The notes beneath the pieces are model-generated. The model ran no database searches. It saw nothing but the letters and a program-made list of their open reading frames with translations, and had not been told where the DNA came from. The translations under genes were made by a program, and so were the position numbers. This document shows, one piece after another, positions 1 to 9,057 of a stretch of 16,223 nt of DNA (positions within the stretch are counted from its first letter, which is position 1; every line of letters starts with the position of its first letter). Source of the stretch: an uncultured archaeon (GTDB lineage: Archaea > Asgardarchaeota > Lokiarchaeia > Sigyniarchaeales > SOKP01); contig CAZGJX010000094.1 of the NCBI GenBank assembly GCA_964525635.1, forward strand, positions 1 through 16,223. The letters run 5' to 3'.

Positions 1-174
1 TGATAAAATAAGAAACTATTTAAAAAAGTGATTTTTAAAATTTACATAACTTAAGATACTAATTTTAAAAATAATTATATTGTAATTATTTTTTTATATT
101 CAATATTTTCCCTAATTGTTTTTTATATGAATTTGTATAATAATATACATAATTGATTTTATAGTTGAAAAATA

Positions 175-2478
175 ATGAATTTAATGAGAAAAAAAAATTT
201 TTTGATATGTATTATTTTACTTCTACTTTTACCATTTATTTCTTTTAATAATGCCTTCATTAATAATAAAGATAATATTAATGACTCTTTATCAACATCT
301 CAAAGCACTACTATTAAAATAGAAAATGTGACTATCATCTCTGATGGATATAACGATGTATATTGGAATGATGATCGAAGTGAATATCCATCAATTGCTA
401 CAGATAGTTCTAGTACAGTTCATGTTGTTTGGCAAGATAATACAGAAGGACCTTGGAAAGACAGTATTTGGGATTCAGAAATTATGTATGCGAAGTATGT
501 AGAAGGAGTAGGTTGGTCAAATGTAACAATAATTTCTGATAATGAAACCTATTGGAACATTCATACAAGTGAAAATCCTTCTATTGCAGTAGATAATTCT
601 GGTACAGTTCATGTTGTTTGGGAAGATAATACAAATGGTCCCTGGGGCAGTAATACTGTGATCATGTATACTTCTAATGATGGTTCAGGATGGTCAAATG
701 TAAAAGCTTTTTCTGGGGATTATGGCTCCCTTAATCACCCTGACATCGTGGTTGATGGATTTGGGACAATCCATATTGTATGTGATGGTTTTATTACTGA
801 TTTCGAAATTATGTATTTTAATTATACAGATAATTTAGGATGGTCGACTCCTGTTGTAATTTCTGATGATGAGACCAATTGGAATGACGGGGGGAGCCTA
901 CTTCCTACAATTGCAGCAGATAGTTTAGGAACAATACATGTTGCATGGTCTGACAATACAGAGGGGGATTGGAGTTATGATAATGAAATATGGTATACAT
1001 CTAATTCTGGTTCAGGATGGTCAAATGCGACATTAATCTCAGATGATAATACAAACTGGAATAATGGTTATAGTTTTAATCCATCAATAGCTGTAGATTA
1101 TTCTAATAATGTTTATATAGTATGGGATGACGAAACCATACAACCAGGTGGACCAGATGTTGAAATTATGTATGCAAGTTATATAGATGGCATAGGATGG
1201 TCAAATGCAACAGTTATTTCTGATGATAATACAAATTGGAATAATGGTTATAGTGGATCTCCTAAAATTACAATAGATAACTCTAATAGAATACATGTTG
1301 TATGGTATGATACCACTGAGGGATTCTGGGGATATGATAGTGAAATAATGTACATATCATCAGATAATGGTATAAATTGGTCAAACATAACCATTATCTC
1401 TGATGATGAAACTCATTGGAATAATGGATTTAGTGAATTTGCTGATATTATTGTTGATGAATTAGGATTTATACATATTGTATGGATCGATAATACAGTA
1501 GGAGTATGGGGTAATGATATAGAGATTATGTATACAAGATTAGAGAATATTGACACTATAGAACCAGTTTTAGATCACCCTAATGATGTAGTTTATGAGG
1601 AAGGCATGGTAGGTAACAGTATAAATTGGACTGCGATAGATCTTAATCCTTTAAATTATACAATATTTCTTGATACTAATCCTATCCACAATGGAACTTG
1701 GATCTCAGGGATACCAATTAATGTAAGTATCGATGGATTATCAGCTGGATCATATACATATACTCTTGAAGTAGCTGATATATCAGGTAATAATGCAACT
1801 GATTCTGTTAATGTATTAGTCACACCCCCAGCAATTCCAAGTTTAAGCAATCCTAATAATATTGAATTTGAACAAGGAATAAGTGGATATAATATTTCTT
1901 GGATAGCAACAGATATAAGTCCATATAATTATACTATTACAAGAGACGGTATTTTTGTAGAGAATGGAACATGGACATCAAATTCTCCAATTGAGATTGA
2001 GATTGATGGCTTGCCTGCAGATTCCTATACATATATAATTATAGTTGAAGATCTTTTAGGTAATAATAATACTGATTCTGTTGATGTTCTAATTTGGCCA
2101 GCTGCAGATCCAGTTTTAAATCTTCCTTTAACTATAGGATATACTGAAGGTGAAACTGGCAATAACATTAGTTGGTATGCTATTGATTTAACTCCAGGAA
2201 CATATACAATTACTCGAAATGGAAGTTCAGTGGATAGTGGAACATGGATTTCAAATACTGAATATAACACTAATATTGATGGTTTGGAATCAGGTATCTA
2301 TCTCTATACAATAACAGTAAGCGATCAATTGGGGCGTACGGATACAGGAAGTGTGTTGGTGACTGTTTCACCTACTAGTAATGGTGATAATAAAATTCCA
2401 TTTGGAAATTCATGGATTCTTTTTAGTAGTATAACTATAATAGGATTAATTATTTCTATAAAGAAGAGAAAACTATAA
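175..2478 (+). CDS. Cell-surface glycoprotein: signal peptide, 7-blade BNR/Asp-box-like beta-propeller, three 91-aa Ig-like domains, C-terminal Loki-CTERM/PGF-CTERM-like anchor
   Basis: Basic then hydrophobic N-terminus (MRKKNFLICIILLLLLP; the start could be 184). Seven ~60-aa repeats NxTxISD..WN...S..PxIxxD..GxxHxVW.D....EIMY.....GWS, one with the Asp-box SSDNGINWS. Three Ig-like repeats. Tail IPFGNSWILFSSITIIGLIISIKKRKL (motif, TM helix, basic residues). Confidence 0.88.
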   Translation: MNLMRKKNFLICIILLLLLPFISFNNAFINNKDNINDSLSTSQSTTIKIENVTIISDGYNDVYWNDDRSEYPSIATDSSSTVHVVWQDNTEGPWKDSIWDSEIMYAKYVEGVGWSNVTIISDNETYWNIHTSENPSIAVDNSGTVHVVWEDNTNGPWGSNTVIMYTSNDGSGWSNVKAFSGDYGSLNHPDIVVDGFGTIHIVCDGFITDFEIMYFNYTDNLGWSTPVVISDDETNWNDGGSLLPTIAADSLGTIHVAWSDNTEGDWSYDNEIWYTSNSGSGWSNATLISDDNTNWNNGYSFNPSIAVDYSNNVYIVWDDETIQPGGPDVEIMYASYIDGIGWSNATVISDDNTNWNNGYSGSPKITIDNSNRIHVVWYDTTEGFWGYDSEIMYISSDNGINWSNITIISDDETHWNNGFSEFADIIVDELGFIHIVWIDNTVGVWGNDIEIMYTRLENIDTIEPVLDHPNDVVYEEGMVGNSINWTAIDLNPLNYTIFLDTNPIHNGTWISGIPINVSIDGLSAGSYTYTLEVADISGNNATDSVNVLVTPPAIPSLSNPNNIEFEQGISGYNISWIATDISPYNYTITRDGIFVENGTWTSNSPIEIEIDGLPADSYTYIIIVEDLLGNNNTDSVDVLIWPAADPVLNLPLTIGYTEGETGNNISWYAIDLTPGTYTITRNGSSVDSGTWISNTEYNTNIDGLESGIYLYTITVSDQLGRTDTGSVLVTVSPTSNGDNKIPFGNSWILFSSITIIGLIISIKKRKL
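325..1545 (+). repeat. Seven intragenic beta-propeller blade repeats (~150-195 nt each)
   Basis: Recurrent GGxTGGTCAAAT (GWSN) and GAAATxATGTAT (EIMY). Blades 5 and 6 share ISDDNTNWNNGYS exactly. Confidence 0.85.
1552..2370 (+). repeat. Three tandem 273-nt (91-aa) Ig-like domain repeats (1552-1824, 1825-2097, 2098-2370)
   Basis: Exact 273-nt period. Consensus P.L..P....Y/F.EG..G..I.W.A.D..P..YTI...G..V..GTW.S......IDGL....Y.Y...V.D..G...T.SV.V. Confidence 0.88.
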
Positions 2479-2515
2479 TTCTCTTTTTCTATTTTTTTTC
2501 TTTTATATTCTTTTA
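2479..2515 (+). terminator. Archaeal oligo-T terminator tract
   Basis: TTCTCTTTTTCTATTTTTTTTCTTTT directly after the stop codon. Confidence 0.5.
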
Positions 2516-2563
2516 GAGTGTACTATCATAACCTAAAGGTTATAGCATCCTATGAGTATATAA

Positions 2564-3070
2564 ATGCTACTATTATGCACTAATCTGTTTTTTGTAGAAC
2601 AATATTCTATTTTAACCAGAAGGAATGAGTATACTGAAAAAGAATACAAATATGCATTGGATAAAAACAACCCTATAATAGCTTTTTTATATGAAAATCC
2701 TAATATCCTTCCCGCAAGAAGAACAGACAAAGTTGATGAGAAAAGGAAAAAATTAGAAGAATTCAGGAAATTTACTGGTAGAAAAATGGTGAAACATTTG
2801 AAAAATGCTCACGATTTAGGTTCTGTTATTATTCATAGTTTAATAAAGTTAATTAAACAACACCCTGCAATTGGTTGGGTTAAAACAGATAAATTACCAA
2901 AGGAAGATTCTACAAATGAAATCAATAAATTATGAAAAACTATTGAGAAACTAACAAGAGAACTAGAAAATGAAAGAATGAAACCTCCAAAAGGAATAGA
3001 GACATATACTTGGGGTTATTGTTTCTTTGAATTAAAATATTCTATTCAGACCGATTTCCTTCATGGTTAA
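2564..3070 (+). pseudogene. Truncated DUF4062-family gene remnant with an internal TGA
   Basis: YTEKEYKYALDKNNPIIAFL..NP..LP and SLIKLIKQHPAIGWVK match the C-terminal half of DUF4062 proteins. The N-terminal FISST-type motif is absent. The frame continues after TGA 2933-2935 as KTIEKLTRELENERMKPPKG to TAA at 3070. Confidence 0.7.
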
Positions 3071-3252
3071 TAATATAAAAAAATTATTTAAATTTAAATA
3101 TAATTAAAATTATAAGGAAAAAATAATAATTTTCTGATAATTAAATATAAAAAGAGTTATATTTGATAGAACTTAATAGAGTGAAAAATTTCGAGAAAAA
3201 ATAATTATAAATTTAATTATTATTCTCTCTGGAATATTTCAAATATATTTAA

Positions 3253-4305
3253 ATGAGTGAAAATATGATAGAGATAGAAATTATTGTTTTAACTAATAAC
3301 ATTGTCAAACCCTTTCAAAACTTTCATAAAAAATTCAATTTAGATTTTATAAAATCTAATAAATTATTAATTACTAAAAGTTTAGCTGAGCATGGGTTAG
3401 GATTTTTAATTAATATTTATGAAATGGAAGATCAAACAAAAGATAAAAAATTAATAAAAAAATTTATTTTTGATACAGGAGGTTTGAATTTAACATTTTT
3501 ATATAATCTGCATGTTATGGGGTATGAAATTGATGATATTGATATGATAATATTATCTCATTGGCATTATGATCATACTGGAGGGCTTTATAGAATTTTA
3601 TTGGAAAAAAAAAAAGAAGTTCCTATTTTTTGTCATGAATCTGCTAATTTTGAAAGATTTTTTATAAAATCTGATGATGTTTATAACTCAGATCTTTATG
3701 GAAAAACAAAAAAAGAAATAACCCCTTTATTAGAACAGTCTAAAGTTATAGATCAGGAACCAATTAATTTGAATAAAATATCAGAATTGAACGGAAATGT
3801 TAAATTTATTAAGAAAAATCATAATTTCCTAAATTTAAATGATTTAAAAATCACTATTAGTGGTGAAATACCTCGAAAGCATGAAGATGAAGACTTTTCG
3901 AATTTTTATTCAATTCAAAATAAAGATATTTTAGAGGTAGATAAGATACTTGATGATAAATGTTTAATTTTTGAATTAGAAGATAAAATTATTGTATTAA
4001 ATGGATGCTGTCATTCAGGTCTAAAAAACACCTTGGATTTTGTTAAATCTAATTTCAAAAAACCCATAAGTCATATTATTGGAGGTTTCCATATGGCAAA
4101 TATTCCAGAATCTAAAATTAATAAAACGATAGATTATTTGAAGAATTTTCAAGTTTATGATAATACATTGTATTTATTTCCAATACATTGTTCTGGAACA
4201 GAAATACTTAGAAAACTCTATTTAGATGACTTAAATCATCCTAAAATGTTAAATATAAAATCCTTTGAAGTCAGTGTAGGAACTAGTTTTGTCTTTCATA
4301 CTTAA
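3253..4305 (+). CDS. Metallo-beta-lactamase-fold hydrolase, COG1237 (MJ0301-like) family
   Basis: Motifs AEHGLGFLI, FDTG, SHWHYDHTGG (HxHxDH), DD, GCCHSG, GGFH, HCSG. Confidence 0.88.
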   Translation: MSENMIEIEIIVLTNNIVKPFQNFHKKFNLDFIKSNKLLITKSLAEHGLGFLINIYEMEDQTKDKKLIKKFIFDTGGLNLTFLYNLHVMGYEIDDIDMIILSHWHYDHTGGLYRILLEKKKEVPIFCHESANFERFFIKSDDVYNSDLYGKTKKEITPLLEQSKVIDQEPINLNKISELNGNVKFIKKNHNFLNLNDLKITISGEIPRKHEDEDFSNFYSIQNKDILEVDKILDDKCLIFELEDKIIVLNGCCHSGLKNTLDFVKSNFKKPISHIIGGFHMANIPESKINKTIDYLKNFQVYDNTLYLFPIHCSGTEILRKLYLDDLNHPKMLNIKSFEVSVGTSFVFHT

Positions 4306-4320
4306 TTCATAATTGATATT

Positions 4321-4860
4321 TTAGAAACTATTACCCTCAAGTTTAAGTAATTTCCTTTTTATATCTTTTTGCCAGGATTCTTGATTTTTTCCCATAAACC
4401 CTCCTAAATTTCTATTTTTTCTTATTACTCGATGACAGGGGATAATCAAAGGGAAAGGATTCCTTTTTAAGATATTTCCTATTGCTCTGTAAGCTTTTGA
4501 ATTTATATTTTCTCCAATTTCAGAATATGTAGTAATTTGTCCATATTTCACATTATTTAAAAGCCAATTAATTACTTTTTTAGAAAATTCAGTTTTAAAT
4601 TCCGTCTGAATTGGCAAATCGATGTGTAAATTTATAATTTCTTTATATAATTCAATTTTCTCTCCAGATAAATATCTATTTAAGATTTTTATTAAGTTTA
4701 CTATTTTTTTTTCATGTAACAAATCCTTCTGAGTATAGAAATGATTAGTTTTTTTTATTTCATTGTAAATTCTTATTTTTTCTTTAAAAAATCTTATAGA
4801 ATTTAATATAAATTGATTTTTACCATTTCGTTCAAATTTAAATAAGATAAAAATATTCAA
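4321..4860 (-). CDS. ogt: Methylated-DNA--[protein]-cysteine S-methyltransferase (MGMT)
   Basis: YGQITTYSEIG, AYRAIG, NPFPLIIPCHRVI (active-site PCHRV), LGGF, KRKLLKLEG. The TTG start is uncertain. Confidence 0.93.
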   Translation of the reverse strand: MNIFILFKFERNGKNQFILNSIRFFKEKIRIYNEIKKTNHFYTQKDLLHEKKIVNLIKILNRYLSGEKIELYKEIINLHIDLPIQTEFKTEFSKKVINWLLNNVKYGQITTYSEIGENINSKAYRAIGNILKRNPFPLIIPCHRVIRKNRNLGGFMGKNQESWQKDIKRKLLKLEGNSF

Positions 4861-5067
4861 TGATTCTGATTTAAAACAGAAAGTTAAGAAGAGTGATCAC
4901 CTTAAATTTCTTAATAATATTTAAAAATATTAAAATTGAATATTAAAATCGTTAATTATATAAAATAATTCTCTAATATTAGTTTAAATAAATCATTATT
5001 AATAATAAGCTAGGATTCTTTTAAATAAAGAAAATTATTTAATATAAAGATTTAGAGAAGAAGTGTT

Positions 5068-6048
5068 ATGGCAAAAGATTTAAAAGATATGATTGATGGT
5101 ATTGAATCTTCAGAGGAAAAAGTTTCTAAATTAGAAGAAAAGGTCACTCGATTAACAGAATTAGTGCAGAGACAAAAAAAATTATTATCTGACCAAGAAC
5201 AAATGATAGAAGTCTATAAAGAGAAAGTTTCTTCAGATATGGACATACCTCCAGATATTATAAAATTAAAAGAAATAATAGGAACTCAGCGTGCACAACT
5301 TAAGGAAAAAGACATGGAAATAGAACATTTAAAAGGAACTAATGCCCAAATAGAAAAAGAATTGGAAATGTATCAACAACAATCAAAACCATTAGAAGAA
5401 CGATATTCAGAATCTTTTGGAACAATTGGTGAATTAAAGGCTGAAATTATTACAAAAGAAGAACGAGTAAAAGATTATGAAGCAAAAGTAAAAGAGTTAA
5501 AAGTTTTTTCTGATAAATTGAAAGAAGATTATAAAAATGAAATAAAAGAAATGAGAAGAAATTATCAGGAAGAAATAAATGATCTAAAAACAAAAATACA
5601 TGAAATGGAATCTTTTCTGCTTAGTAATGAATTGATTTCTACTGAAAAGTCTTTAGAAGCGAAGGATTTTAAAGCAAGTTTTCAAGATGTTAAAAAAAAA
5701 TATGATGAATTTATTCATAAAATTGAAGTATTATCAAATGAAAATAGAGAAAAGGAAGCAAAAATAAATCAATTAAAACAAGATACTCAGAGCCTCAGAG
5801 AATTTAGAGATGGAAATATTGATAAAATAGATCAATATAAGAACCTTAAAGTACTAATGGAAGGAGAACCTCTCTTTAAAGCGTTTCTTATTATAAAGGA
5901 TGTAGGTGGAAAAGGATTATCCCTTGAAGATTTGAAAAGGGCTTTGGGTTCTCCTATTGTTATGGTTAAGAAATTTGTACAAACCCTTCAAGATCATCAA
6001 TTAATAGAAGAAAATGAAAATGGTAGGCTAGTTGTAAAAAAGATTTAA
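5068..6048 (+). CDS. Long coiled-coil protein with a C-terminal winged helix-turn-helix
   Basis: About 260 aa of E/K/L/I heptad-like sequence, then FLIIKDVGGKGLSLEDLKRALGSPIVMVKKFVQTLQDHQLIEENENGRLVV (helix, HTH, wing). No Walker A motif. Confidence 0.78.
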   Translation: MAKDLKDMIDGIESSEEKVSKLEEKVTRLTELVQRQKKLLSDQEQMIEVYKEKVSSDMDIPPDIIKLKEIIGTQRAQLKEKDMEIEHLKGTNAQIEKELEMYQQQSKPLEERYSESFGTIGELKAEIITKEERVKDYEAKVKELKVFSDKLKEDYKNEIKEMRRNYQEEINDLKTKIHEMESFLLSNELISTEKSLEAKDFKASFQDVKKKYDEFIHKIEVLSNENREKEAKINQLKQDTQSLREFRDGNIDKIDQYKNLKVLMEGEPLFKAFLIIKDVGGKGLSLEDLKRALGSPIVMVKKFVQTLQDHQLIEENENGRLVVKKI

Positions 6049-6169
6049 CAACAATTTGATACCTATGTAAATAAGGAAAAATACTTTTTATTATCTCACT
6101 ATAAATACCAATTTAAAATAAGATTTATAAATAATATAATTAATTGGCAGGATTTTTACTCTATAAAAA

Positions 6170-6547
6170 TTATACTTTAGCTAATTCATTATAAAGTTCT
6201 GGGAGAACACTTCTAAATTCACCATTTTCAATTCGATCAAGTATGGACGCTGCTATTTTCTTTAATATTTCCCTATACTTGTGAGATTTTTCATCACGCC
6301 GAAGTAAAAGTGCTACTACATGATTTTCAACAGAAATATGCTCATCTCCCACTCCTGAGAAAAAAGAAACAACTTTATTATTTTTCAATGAGATAGAAGC
6401 AAATCCAGGTTTTAAAGATTGATAACGATGAGAGCTATATACTTGTGTTAATAAGTTATTTGTGATTTTTAAATTATCTGGATAAAATCCTTCATTAATA
6501 GGCCCTATTTCATTATCCCAACGTATAACCAAGATTCCTATTGGCAT
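6170..6547 (-). CDS. Stand-alone longin/uDENN-like domain protein (Asgard eukaryotic-signature type)
   Basis: GILVIRWDNEIGP...FYP is the typical uDENN/longin N-terminal hairpin (hhhxxF/WDxxxGPxxxxxYP). Beta-beta-alpha-beta-beta-beta-alpha pattern over 125 aa. AAGGTG SD 6 nt upstream. Confidence 0.72.
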   Translation of the reverse strand: MPIGILVIRWDNEIGPINEGFYPDNLKITNNLLTQVYSSHRYQSLKPGFASISLKNNKVVSFFSGVGDEHISVENHVVALLLRRDEKSHKYREILKKIAASILDRIENGEFRSVLPELYNELAKV

Positions 6548-6960
6548 TCAAAACACCTTAATTTAATGTCTGTTATTTATTATTGTTTTTTATATTATAA
6601 AGCATCAATAATTATCATAATTATAAATTCTCAGCTTATATACTTATTTAATTGTTAGTTTGTTGATATATACAATTTGTTTGGGAATTAGTCTTAATGA
6701 TAAGAATTATTAATAACTTTATGTTTGTATTAAGTTAATATGTTTTTGTTATTTATTTTTTTTTATTTTCATATTAGTTCATAAAAAGTTATCAAAAAAT
6801 TTCATTAAGAAAAGAAATATTTAATAAATTTCAAAGATAAATATTTTAAAATAGAACCAGAAGAGTTCATATTTTTAAGTTATATATAATAGTTGCCTTT
6901 ACATTTTTAATATTAAAAATAATATCTTGAAGAAATCAGAATCAAAAGGATGATATTAAA

Positions 6961-8844
6961 ATGCAAAATGATGATGATCCATATAATTTAATGGATAGAA
7001 AAGAAGAAAATCTCAAAGAAGAAGAAGAGAAGGAAGAAGTTAGTGAAGAATTGCCTACTTATTTACAAATTCCAAATCAGAATCGTTTAATCTCTAATAA
7101 TATGCTATTTATTATACCAAGTTGGTCTGATTTAACTGGGTATAACACACTTGGTAAATATGCTAACAAGGATGTTGCTCAAATTTTAACTGATATTGTT
7201 ATCTTTTTTGGATGTGTAGAGTGTTCAATTCAAACAGAAAGGGGAACTTTACATATTATTTTTGGTCTAGGAAATTATTATACCAAATTTGGACTTAGAC
7301 ATGAGACTGAAATACAACTTGGAAAATATATAATAGATAATAAACGTCTAACATGTTTAGTTTTATCTGATTTTGTATATGATTATATAGCAACTTCTTC
7401 AAATATAACTTTAGAAGATGATAAAGATGTCATCGTTGCTGAAAGTGTTATAAAAATCCCAATAGATCTCTCTTTTAAGAGTGAAGGACAACAAACCATG
7501 ATTAAAGGAATAATTATGAGGAATGTATTTATTCCATATAAAGATATCATATTAGAAACTATGGATAAAATTAAATCTTATGGTAGTTATAACATAGAAC
7601 AAGATGGGCATTTAATTTTAAATACAGATTTGAATAATTTCAATAAAATTATAGTATCTAGTAAATTAAATAGTTATACTAATGAGCAATATATGAAACA
7701 AACAGCAGGTATCAATGAAATCACTTACGGAGCAGATGAATTTTTAAGTAAAATTCTATCTCCTATTGAACTTAATAAAATTAAACAAAATATCAATAAT
7801 CTCAAACAAGTATTTTCTACAACTGATTTTGATCCTATGTATCCATATTCAATGTTACAAAATGCTTCTGTACATTTAAAATCTAAAACAATTCCTTTAT
7901 CAATGCGAGAATCATCAGCTAAAGTTGGACCAATTCAAAAAACATCAATTCTATTTTCCGCGGAAAACCGTGTTCATTCACTTGTAGGATGGCCAAGAGA
8001 GTTAGAAAGAAAGGAAAAACCAATAGTTGAAAAAATTTCTTCACCTCAACCAATTATGTATCAATCAAACATAAAACAAGCAGAACCATCCTCCTATGAA
8101 CAAAGTACTACACCATTAATTCATCAAGAACCTACCAGAAATGATGAACAATTTCAATTAAGAATGGAAAAATCGGAAAAAGTAGAGATTAAAACCCTGC
8201 CAATTCCACCGATGGATAACCTTGAAAATATCCTTATCTATATCAGAGATGTTATTGAGCAAAATTTCGATATGCCTTCGATTGGTAGAGCTTTTGGTTT
8301 AGCTAGAGATAATCTTAAAATTTTATATCCAGTTGAACATCATAAAATAAAATGGGAATTGAGTAAATTCCAAAATATTTATGAGAAAAAAGAGAGATTT
8401 ATGGGAATTTCTCCTAAAGATAAGAAGGATATTTTAGAGAGAATGAATAAATGGATTAAAGATATCGAAGAAGAAAGAAGAAAAGAGCAAGAAAGATTGG
8501 AAAGAGAAAGATTAGAAAGAGAACGTAAAGAGAGAGAGGAAAGAGAGCGTTTAAAGCGTAATAGAATAGAGGCTGAGAAAATGGAAAGAGAACGATTGAA
8601 GCAAGAACAATATGAGAAAGAACGACAAATAAAAATACAAAAAGAACAAGAAAGATTAGAACAGGAAAGAAGACAAAAAGAAGCTATAGAAAAAGAAAAA
8701 CAGGAATTAAAAACGGTTAAAACTCAAATAAAATTAGAGAATAAGAGAAAAAAGCAGGAAAAAAAATTAGAAAAAAAAAAGAAAAAACTCGAAAAGAAAA
8801 AAAGAAAAGAACAAGAACGATTAACTAAGTTAAAACATCAATGA
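6961..8844 (+). CDS. Hypothetical protein: globular N-domain, P/Q/S linker, helical domain, ~125-aa E/R/K charged helical tail
   Basis: 627-aa open frame in AT-rich DNA. AAGGATGA SD-like element upstream. Tail EEERRKEQERLERERLERERKERE...KKLEKKKKKLEKKKRKE. Confidence 0.8.
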   Translation: MQNDDDPYNLMDRKEENLKEEEEKEEVSEELPTYLQIPNQNRLISNNMLFIIPSWSDLTGYNTLGKYANKDVAQILTDIVIFFGCVECSIQTERGTLHIIFGLGNYYTKFGLRHETEIQLGKYIIDNKRLTCLVLSDFVYDYIATSSNITLEDDKDVIVAESVIKIPIDLSFKSEGQQTMIKGIIMRNVFIPYKDIILETMDKIKSYGSYNIEQDGHLILNTDLNNFNKIIVSSKLNSYTNEQYMKQTAGINEITYGADEFLSKILSPIELNKIKQNINNLKQVFSTTDFDPMYPYSMLQNASVHLKSKTIPLSMRESSAKVGPIQKTSILFSAENRVHSLVGWPRELERKEKPIVEKISSPQPIMYQSNIKQAEPSSYEQSTTPLIHQEPTRNDEQFQLRMEKSEKVEIKTLPIPPMDNLENILIYIRDVIEQNFDMPSIGRAFGLARDNLKILYPVEHHKIKWELSKFQNIYEKKERFMGISPKDKKDILERMNKWIKDIEEERRKEQERLERERLERERKEREERERLKRNRIEAEKMERERLKQEQYEKERQIKIQKEQERLEQERRQKEAIEKEKQELKTVKTQIKLENKRKKQEKKLEKKKKKLEKKKRKEQERLTKLKHQ

Positions 8845-9013
8845 AATAATTAAAATTTTTCATTCTTTTTTATAATAATCTAAGAAGAATAATTATATCT
8901 CAATTAGGATAATTAAATTGTCTTTGAGAATATTGAGAAAGAAAAATTTAAATTAAAACCATAATTCTTGAATAATATCAAAAGTTTACTAAATTTAATA
9001 TATAGTTAAATAA

Positions 9014-9030
9014 AAGAATAAGATATATAC
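9014..9030 (+). promoter_or_regulatory. Probable BRE/TATA promoter of the tRNA gene
   Basis: Purine-rich AAGAATAAG followed by ATATATA about 30 nt upstream of G9058. Confidence 0.5.
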
Positions 9031-9057
9031 ATTAAAAGAAAAAAAATATTATACTTC

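Noticed and set aside
1656-2270. Minus-strand ORFs 1656-1850 and 2025-2270
   Set aside because: Antisense shadows of the Ig-like repeats in a well-supported plus-strand gene.
175-2478. Sialidase, or a cohesin scaffoldin for the cellulase
   Set aside because: No catalytic Arg triad evident. The 91-aa repeats are shorter than cohesins (~140 aa), lack their motifs and also occur in the enzyme itself.
2533-2730. 65-aa minus-strand ORF
   Set aside because: Antisense to the DUF4062 remnant, with no recognisable motif.
5068-6048. SMC/Rad50 chromosome segregation protein
   Set aside because: No Walker A/B motifs, signature motif or hinge; only generic coiled coil.
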